Source of the DNA: an uncultured Gemmatimonadales bacterium
Lineage (GTDB): Bacteria > Gemmatimonadota > Gemmatimonadetes > Gemmatimonadales > GWC2-71-9
Length of the DNA stretch: 64,000 bases
Reading direction: 5' to 3'
Assembly: GCA_963798915.1 (NCBI GenBank)
Contig: CAWCVB010000002.1
Span: forward strand, 544,001 to 608,000
Shown here piece by piece: positions 57,949 to 64,000 of the stretch. Position 1 is the stretch's first letter. Each line of letters opens with the position of its first letter. The translations under genes and the position numbers were made by a program. Under the pieces are notes generated by a model that saw only the letters and a list, made by a program, of their open reading frames with translations, did no database searches and had not been told where the DNA came from.

Positions 57949-60081
57949 ATGGCAACCCGCACCAGTACCCGGAAGAGCAACGCCGCCTCCCAGCGGCTCG
58001 ACAAGACGGAACTGCTCGACCTGTTCCGGATCATGTTCCTGTCGCGCCGGCTGGATGACAAGGAAATCCAGCTCAAGCGCCAGAACAAGATCTTCTTCCA
58101 GATCTCGGGCGCCGGCCACGAGGCGGTGCTCGCTGCGGCCGCCAAGGCCTTCCGGCCTGCTTACGACTGGTTCTACACCTATTACCGTGACCGCGCCCTC
58201 TGCCTCGGGCTCGGCATGACCGCGACCGACCAGCTGCTCTCGGCGGTCGCCGCGGCCGATGACCCCAATTCGGGCGGGCGCCAGATGCCGTCACACTGGG
58301 GCCACAAGGCGCTCAATATCGTGAGCGCATCGAGCCCTACCGGCACCCAGTTCCTGCAGTCGGTCGGCTGCGCCGAGGCGTGGCTGCGGTTTGAGCAGAA
58401 TGAGGGGATCGCCGACCGCGCGACCCATTTCCATGAAGACGAAGTGGTGTTCTGCTCAACCGGCGACGGAACCACCAGCGAGGGCGAGTTCTGGGAGGCC
58501 ATGAACACCGCCTGCAACCTGAAGCTGCCAGTCGTATTCCTGGTGGAAGACAACGGTTATGCCATATCCGTTCCCGTAGAAGTGGGCACCGCTGGCGGAT
58601 CCATTTCCAAGCTGCTGAGCGGCATGCCCGGCCTGTTCATCCAGGAGTGCGACGGCTGCGACGTGCTGGAGAGCTACGATACGCTGGTGCGCGCAGTGGA
58701 GTACTGTCGCCAGCGGCGGGGGCCGGCGCTGGTCCACGCGCACGTGATCCGCCCCTACAGCCACTCGCTTTCGGATGATGAAGTGTTCTACCGGTCCACG
58801 GCCGAGCGGGAGAAGGAGGCCGCGCGGGATCCCATCATCACCTTTCCGAAATGGCTGGTGGAGCAGGGCGTTGCCAGCGAAGAGGAGATCGAGGCCATCC
58901 GGGCTCAGGTCGAGGATGAGGTCAACGTGGCCGCTGATGTGGCGCTGGCTGCGCCGCAGCCTTCGACCGACACGGTGTATCAGTACGTCTACTCGCCCGA
59001 CGTCGATCCCGCCAGCGAACAGTTCGACACCGAGGATGATCCCCAGTTCACCGGCGATCCGACTACGATGGTGGACCTTCTGAATACCTGCATGAAGGAG
59101 GAGATGGCCCGCGACCCGCGCATTCTCATGTTCGGTGAGGACGTGGCGGACTGCAGCAGGGAAGATTCGCTGGAACAGGTCAAGGGCAAGGGCGGCGTCT
59201 TCAAGGTGACCTGGGGCCTGCAGCGCACCTTTGGCAGCAACCGGGTCTACAATTCGCCGCTGGCCGAAGCCAACATCATTGGCCGCGCCATCGGCCTGGC
59301 CACCCGCGGATTCAAGCCGGTCGTCGAGATCCAGTTCTTCGACTATATCTGGCCCGCGTACATGCAGCTCCGGAACGAACTCGCGACCATCCGCTGGCGC
59401 TCCAACAACGCCTTCAGTGCGCCCGTGGTCGTGCGGACCACCTACGGGGGATACCTCAAGGGCGGCTCCATCTACCATTCCCAGACTGGCGCGTCGGTGT
59501 TCACGTCAGTGCCGGGCCTGCGAGTCATCTGTCCCAGCACCGCCCTCGATGCCAACGGGTTGCTGCGCACCGCCATCCGCTCGGATGATCCGGTGCTTTT
59601 CCTGGAGCACAAGCATCTCTATCGCCAGACCTACAACAAGGCGCCCAATCCCGGTCCCAACTTCATGATTCCGTTTGGCAAGGCGAGGGTGGTGCGCGAG
59701 GGATCGGACATGACGGTGGTGACCTATGGCGCCGTGGTGCAGCGGACGCTGGTGGCCGCCAAGGAAATGGAAGAGCAGCATGGCGTGAGCGTGGAGGTCA
59801 TTGACCTCCGGTCGCTCAACCCGGTGGACTGGGAGACCATCTACGACTCGGTGAAGAAGACCAGCCGGGTGATCGTGGCCTACGAAGATTCGCTGAGCTG
59901 GGGCTACGGGGCGGAACTGGCGGCCCGCCTCGCGGATGAGACCTTTGCCTGGCTGGATGCGCCGGTCAGGCGTGTGGCCTCCACCGATACCTTCGTGGCC
60001 TATGCGCCGGAGCTGGAAGATGTGATCCTGCCGCAGGTGAGCAGCTTGCGGAAGGCGATGGAGCAGATGGCAGCATTTTGA
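57949..60081 (+). CDS. 2-oxoacid dehydrogenase E1, fused alpha/beta (branched-chain type likely)
   Basis: GAGHEA, TPP motif GDG...[29 protein letters not shown] and IDLRSL. Confidence 0.93.
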   Translation: MATRTSTRKSNAASQRLDKTELLDLFRIMFLSRRLDDKEIQLKRQNKIFFQISGAGHEAVLAAAAKAFRPAYDWFYTYYRDRALCLGLGMTATDQLLSAVAAADDPNSGGRQMPSHWGHKALNIVSASSPTGTQFLQSVGCAEAWLRFEQNEGIADRATHFHEDEVVFCSTGDGTTSEGEFWEAMNTACNLKLPVVFLVEDNGYAISVPVEVGTAGGSISKLLSGMPGLFIQECDGCDVLESYDTLVRAVEYCRQRRGPALVHAHVIRPYSHSLSDDEVFYRSTAEREKEAARDPIITFPKWLVEQGVASEEEIEAIRAQVEDEVNVAADVALAAPQPSTDTVYQYVYSPDVDPASEQFDTEDDPQFTGDPTTMVDLLNTCMKEEMARDPRILMFGEDVADCSREDSLEQVKGKGGVFKVTWGLQRTFGSNRVYNSPLAEANIIGRAIGLATRGFKPVVEIQFFDYIWPAYMQLRNELATIRWRSNNAFSAPVVVRTTYGGYLKGGSIYHSQTGASVFTSVPGLRVICPSTALDANGLLRTAIRSDDPVLFLEHKHLYRQTYNKAPNPGPNFMIPFGKARVVREGSDMTVVTYGAVVQRTLVAAKEMEEQHGVSVEVIDLRSLNPVDWETIYDSVKKTSRVIVAYEDSLSWGYGAELAARLADETFAWLDAPVRRVASTDTFVAYAPELEDVILPQVSSLRKAMEQMAAF

Positions 60082-60270
60082 CAGGACGGGCAGGACGGAC
60101 AGGACGGGCGAGGCGGGCGGGGGGCCGGCAGGATGGGCAGGATGGGCAGGATGGGCAGGTCTTCGTGGTCCGTCATTCCCGCGAAACCGGGAATCCATGA
60201 GGGCTCACCCGGAATGCATCGCCATGACCGACGACCGAGGACCGCGACCCGCGACCCGCGACCCACGACC
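60080..60270 (+). repeat. Repeat cluster: CAGGACGGG/CAGGATGGG 9-mers, CGTC-tagged dRS3-like palindrome, CGCGACC heptamers
   Basis: 9-mers at 60080-60158 start at the TGA stop. CGTCATTCCCGCGAAACCGGGAATCCA at 60171-60197 (ATTCCC-N8-GGGAAT). Heptamers at 60226-60270. Confidence 0.88.
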
Positions 60271-60287
60271 CCTTTCCCGCAGGAGCG

Positions 60288-60785
60288 ATGAAACCCGACC
60301 CGGCTGTTCTGAACAGGATCAACGAGATTCTGGACGATCCCGATCGGCAGGACGAAGATTTCACCGCAGCTGATGGCCGTACCTACCGGATCCGGAAGCG
60401 GCCCGCTCCGGGCGTGAAGGCGATCGTGGAGTATCGGGAACCCGACGGCCCGTTCCATCGCATGACCGAGCTGTTCGATCCCGCGCCGCAGCGCCCGGCC
60501 AGCTATCCCGAGGACCTCCCGTATGTGCCTGGAGTGGAAGTCATGGTGGTCGGAACCATCCTGACCATTCCGCCGAGCCGGATGGTGAGCTGGGACGGTC
60601 TTGAAGATGCTCAGAACTTGGCGAGACAGGTGATCGAGCAGAGCGAAAACGAAGGGTGGGTGCCCACGGGCGAGCCACGGCCCAATCCCTTCGGCCCGAT
60701 GCTCGAGCTGCGCCGCGGATCCGCCAGTCGCCATCTGAGCGCGCGGGCGAGCAGTGTGTCCGTGTTGCAAACCGATCCCGAGTGA
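60288..60785 (+). CDS. Hypothetical protein
   Basis: AGGAG RBS, 165 aa, protein-like composition. No family recognised. Confidence 0.72.
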   Translation: MKPDPAVLNRINEILDDPDRQDEDFTAADGRTYRIRKRPAPGVKAIVEYREPDGPFHRMTELFDPAPQRPASYPEDLPYVPGVEVMVVGTILTIPPSRMVSWDGLEDAQNLARQVIEQSENEGWVPTGEPRPNPFGPMLELRRGSASRHLSARASSVSVLQTDPE

Positions 60786-61051
60786 GGTTCCTGGTTGCCG
60801 TGGCCGCCGTCTGCTGCGCCGCACCTGTGGTCCCGGTTCGCGCCCAGTCCCGGCCGCCCGCCGTCCAACTGGCCTGGTCGATTGCCGGAGATTCTGCCCT
60901 CCGGGCGAGGTACTCCCGGCGAATTACTTCCAGCAGTGATCCTCTTCAAATTGTGATTCTCAATAGCGGCCAGTGGCGGATGATGCCGCAGGCATGCCAA
61001 TGTCCGGCCGGGGCTTCCATCCAGCGAACGGATGCCGGGGGCGATCGTTGA
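60782..61051 (+). CDS. Small putatively secreted hypothetical protein
   Basis: GTGA overlap with the upstream stop. MRFLVAVAAVCCAAPVVPVRA-Q resembles a signal peptide. Confidence 0.5.
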   Translation: MRFLVAVAAVCCAAPVVPVRAQSRPPAVQLAWSIAGDSALRARYSRRITSSSDPLQIVILNSGQWRMMPQACQCPAGASIQRTDAGGDR

Positions 61052-61238
61052 CACTGGCGCAGTAGTACCTGAGTGGGGCGAGGAGGTGCGATCTGCGCCG
61101 CGCGATGGCGCCGCTCTTCGGGACGACGGCCCTCTCAAGAGCGCGCGCGCGGACCGCCACGTGACCTGGTGTTCGGTCCTGACGGCGGAGAACGGACGGC
61201 GGACGGTGGGGAACCTGGAGACTTATTCAAAACTACCC

Positions 61239-61279
61239 GGTTGCTTCGTCGGCGCCGGCGGCGCCTCCTCGCAATGACA
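61239..61279 (-). repeat. Single TGTC-tagged REP arm
   Basis: GGTTGCTTCGTCGGCGCC..GGCGCCTCCTCGCAATGACA, same ends as the right arm at 27834-27900. Confidence 0.8.
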
Positions 61280-61327
61280 ACCAAGCGAGCTGTGGCTCCA
61301 GTCTCAGGGGCGCGGCATGCCGCGCCC

Positions 61328-63286
61328 CTACTTCAACGCTTCCCTCACCTCCGCCGCCGCCGCAATGGCGTTGTCCACGTTCCGGCTTACGGCGCGGGCC
61401 TGTTGGGTGGCCTGCGTGAGATCGCCCATGACGGACGCGATGTCCGAGGTCTTCAGCTTCAGCATGTCGTAGCGCAGGTTCTGCATGGCCAGGCGGCACG
61501 ACTCCAGATTGGCCAGCATCTGCTGCCGGCGGGCCTGAAGATCACCCAGCGACTTCCGCTGCCGTTCCAGCAATTCAACCTGTCGGGTATGTTCATCCCC
61601 CGGCTCGGACGCTTCCAGCTCGGCCAGCCGGGCCTCGATGCGCCCGACGCTGCCGTCATCGGCCACGTCGCGCTGCATCAGCGTGAGCGAGCGCGCCAGA
61701 TCGGTGGCCCGGCTGTAGAGTCCGTCAACCGTTTCCGAGACATCGGCCAGGTCCTTGCGAGTCTCGGGCGGGAGCCCGTCCACCAGGCGGAGGATCCCGT
61801 TCCGGTCATCGCGCATCTGCTTGATGACCAGATAGTGGTCCCCGAACTCGCTGGGCGATGGATTCGGCAACTGCCGAGGCAGTCGGCCGGTGCCGCGGAC
61901 ATTCCCGGCTCCTATGGCATCGGGCGCCGGCGGACGCGCCAGTACGTCCCGCCAGCTGTAGCCCGCCTGCCAGAGACGGGCATAGTTGCGAAGCACGCCT
62001 ATGCCGATGCCGAACGTCGGGAACAGGAACCAGGGTGTGTCGAGCCCGGTCGCGATGTTGATGCCGAAACAGCCCAGCGAGATGGCGGCCCAGCGCGCGA
62101 ACTGACCCCGAACCACCTGGACGATTCTCGGCTCTCCGGTATCGGGCAGCGGCGTATTGTCGTTGCGCTTCCGGGGGCGGCGCCGGTAGTCCCAGTCGTC
62201 ATACTCGCGCGGCGGGCGCGCCTGGCGAGGGGAGCGCGGCACCGGCAAGCCCGAGGCACGATCCTCCCGGCTGCGGCCACGCGTGCGGTCGCGCTCCCGG
62301 TCTCGATCGCGGAAGCCGGGCTGGCGCTCCGGCGATCGGGCGCCCGTTCGGGAAGCAGCCGCCGGCCGGGCCCCGGTCCCGGGACGCGCCGCGCGCCAGC
62401 CCAGCCCGGTGGGCTCGTAGCCGGTAACGGTCCGCGCCTCCAGCGCTCGGCGAAGCGCGTCGGCCGTGGGCCAGCGATTCTCGGGATCCTTCTCCAGGCA
62501 GCGCGAGACCGCGAGTGCCAGATCCTCCGGCACATCCCGGCGGTGCAGGCGCAGGTCGGGCGCTGGCTCGGTAATCTGTTTCATCAAGATGCCGGCCACC
62601 GTCGGCGCCTGGAACGGCAACTCGCCCGTGAGCATCTGGTACGAGACGATGCCCAGGCTGTACAGGTCCGAACGGCCGTCGATTTCGCGTTCGCCGGCGG
62701 CCTGCTCCGGACTCATGAAGGACGGCGTACCGATCGCCACACCGGCTCCCGTCAAGGTCGCGCCGGATGACGACGACAGCGCCTTTGCGATGCCGAAGTC
62801 AGTGACCATCACCCGGCCCCGGGTGCCTTCGAGCAGGATGTTATCCGGCTTGATGTCGCGATGGATGATCGAAACCGCATGGGCGGCGGAGAGGGCATCG
62901 GCCGTCTCCTTCATGATGCGGCGCGCCTCCTCGGGTGGCAGCTTGCCCCGCCGCTTGAGCCGGGCGCCGACCGATTCCCCATCCACATAGCCCATGACGA
63001 AGTACACCAGGCCCTGGCCTTCGCCGACCGTGTGGATGGGGACGATGTGGGGATGCGAAAGCCGCGCCGCCGTCTGGGCTTCACGAGTGAAGCGCTGACG
63101 GATATCCTGCTGGAACGCCAGTTCGGGAGGCAGCACCTTGATGGCCACCCGCCGCTGGAGCCGGTTGTCGCTGGCCCGGTAGACGACGCCCATCCCGCCG
63201 CGGCCGACCTCACCCTCGATGGTATACGCATCACCCAGCGCATCCGCGAGTCGTGCGGCCAGCGGCTTGTCCATGGGTGAGCTCAT
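61328..63286 (-). CDS. Hanks-type Ser/Thr protein kinase with two TM helices and C-terminal coiled coil
   Basis: GRGGMG, VAIK, HRDIKPDN, DFG, MSPEQ and SDLYSLG. Start at 63286 or 63274. Confidence 0.93.
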   Translation of the reverse strand: MSSPMDKPLAARLADALGDAYTIEGEVGRGGMGVVYRASDNRLQRRVAIKVLPPELAFQQDIRQRFTREAQTAARLSHPHIVPIHTVGEGQGLVYFVMGYVDGESVGARLKRRGKLPPEEARRIMKETADALSAAHAVSIIHRDIKPDNILLEGTRGRVMVTDFGIAKALSSSSGATLTGAGVAIGTPSFMSPEQAAGEREIDGRSDLYSLGIVSYQMLTGELPFQAPTVAGILMKQITEPAPDLRLHRRDVPEDLALAVSRCLEKDPENRWPTADALRRALEARTVTGYEPTGLGWRAARPGTGARPAAASRTGARSPERQPGFRDRDRERDRTRGRSREDRASGLPVPRSPRQARPPREYDDWDYRRRPRKRNDNTPLPDTGEPRIVQVVRGQFARWAAISLGCFGINIATGLDTPWFLFPTFGIGIGVLRNYARLWQAGYSWRDVLARPPAPDAIGAGNVRGTGRLPRQLPNPSPSEFGDHYLVIKQMRDDRNGILRLVDGLPPETRKDLADVSETVDGLYSRATDLARSLTLMQRDVADDGSVGRIEARLAELEASEPGDEHTRQVELLERQRKSLGDLQARRQQMLANLESCRLAMQNLRYDMLKLKTSDIASVMGDLTQATQQARAVSRNVDNAIAAAAEVREALK

Positions 63287-63540
63287 CCGATGATCAGGCC
63301 TCGAGGGCGAGTGAAGGTCGGGCTTCTGGAAAGGCAACCACCCAATTTGCGTGCGAGCCCCCTCCGGAGCAACACGCAGGCGGTTTCTGTACGGACCGAA
63401 GGTGTCACGGGATTCGCATGCCGGAATATCGTGCCAAGATGGCATGGCCAGGCCACGCAGCGAAGGCGCGTCCCGGAACGGGCCCAAGCCCGGACGCGGA
63501 AGCTCTGCCCGACGTGTGACTTACGGAACCTGCTCCGGCG

Positions 63541-63556
63541 TGGCATACCCGGTGCA
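63541..63556 (+). promoter_or_regulatory. Candidate sigma-54 (-24/-12) promoter for lon
   Basis: TGGCATACCCGGTGCA has GG-N10-GC spacing, about 115 nt upstream of the lon ATG. Confidence 0.45.
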
Positions 63557-63669
63557 CCTCTTCCATCAGCTTTATTGCAGAGACTGCCAGATCGCGCGTT
63601 TCGCGCACATGTTACAGGCGACGGCGGAGGTCACCAGGAATCCTCGCCGGCGCCGCCCAAGGAGAACCG

Positions 63670-64000
63670 ATGTCCGAACGCTTGACCCTGCCCGTGCTGC
63701 CGTTGCGCGAAGTCGTACTGTTTCCCGGAGTCACCGCGCCCATCGGCGCTGGCCGGCCCGGGACGCTGCGCGCCATCGAGGCCGCACTTCAGACCCCTGA
63801 TAAGCTGGTCTTTGCCGTCTCACAGCGTCAGAACACCGAGACGGTCGAGGCTGAATCACTCTATACCATCGGCACCATCGCCCGCATTGGCCAGCTGCAG
63901 CGCGGCCTGGCTGGCATGCAGTTGCTGCTGCATGGCGAGCGGCGTGGTATTGCCATTCACTACAGCGAAACCGAGGGCTACCTCCAGGCGGTGGTGCGCG
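63670..64000 (+). CDS. lon: ATP-dependent Lon protease, N-terminal part (runs off right edge)
   Basis: AAGGAG RBS. My translation MSERLTLPVLPLREVVLFPGVTAPIGAGRPGTLRAIEAAL...LYTIGTIARIGQL matches the LON N-domain. Only the N-domain is visible. Confidence 0.85.
   Translation, partial: MSERLTLPVLPLREVVLFPGVTAPIGAGRPGTLRAIEAALQTPDKLVFAVSQRQNTETVEAESLYTIGTIARIGQLQRGLAGMQLLLHGERRGIAIHYSETEGYLQAVVR

Noticed and set aside
15468..60270. Tandem arrays as possible CRISPR repeats
   Set aside because: Units are 7-9 nt, head to tail, with no spacers. No cas genes are present.
61073..62770. 565-aa plus-strand ORF
   Set aside because: Antisense to the Ser/Thr kinase, and it begins in repeat-containing intergenic DNA.
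63421..63437. TTGGCACG on the minus strand as a sigma-54 promoter for the kinase
   Set aside because: No GC at the required -12 spacing.

Overview
High-GC bacterial chromosomal window. Gene content and style suggest Gemmatimonadota; this is an inference, not a database result. The left edge (1-1371) looks like the end of an integrative element: a partial HEAT/LRV-like ORF and a 5'-truncated tyrosine integrase sit immediately upstream of a tRNA-Cys(GCA) gene. The rest is mostly housekeeping or accessory metabolism. It includes an MFS/FAD-monooxygenase/MarR module, a Vgb-like propeller, TolC-MFP-RND efflux, a CaCA antiporter, DUF2207-like/LemA, vapBC, gluQ, a DAACS symporter, tal, tkt, an HNH nuclease and a fused E2-E1 2-oxoglutarate dehydrogenase. 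It continues with an SBP plus hybrid kinase, glpD, fadI-fadJ, nagB, a PLP decarboxylase plus Rieske oxygenase, proline dehydrogenase, rsgA, PfpI-nitrilase-GNAT, amidohydrolase-TPR-TPR-S41 protease, a fused E1 alpha/beta dehydrogenase, a Ser/Thr kinase and the start of lon. The most unusual signal is non-coding. Many intergenic gaps carry short 7-9-nt tandem arrays that often start at stop codons and occur as inverted pairs, either as local hairpins or as near-identical arms kilobases apart bracketing gene blocks. There are also CGTC/TGTC-tagged palindromic elements with GTAG-type REPs nested inside them. tkt probably starts at a non-canonical CTG, and three genes carry single frameshifts that may be assembly errors. 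No CRISPR array or rRNA was seen.
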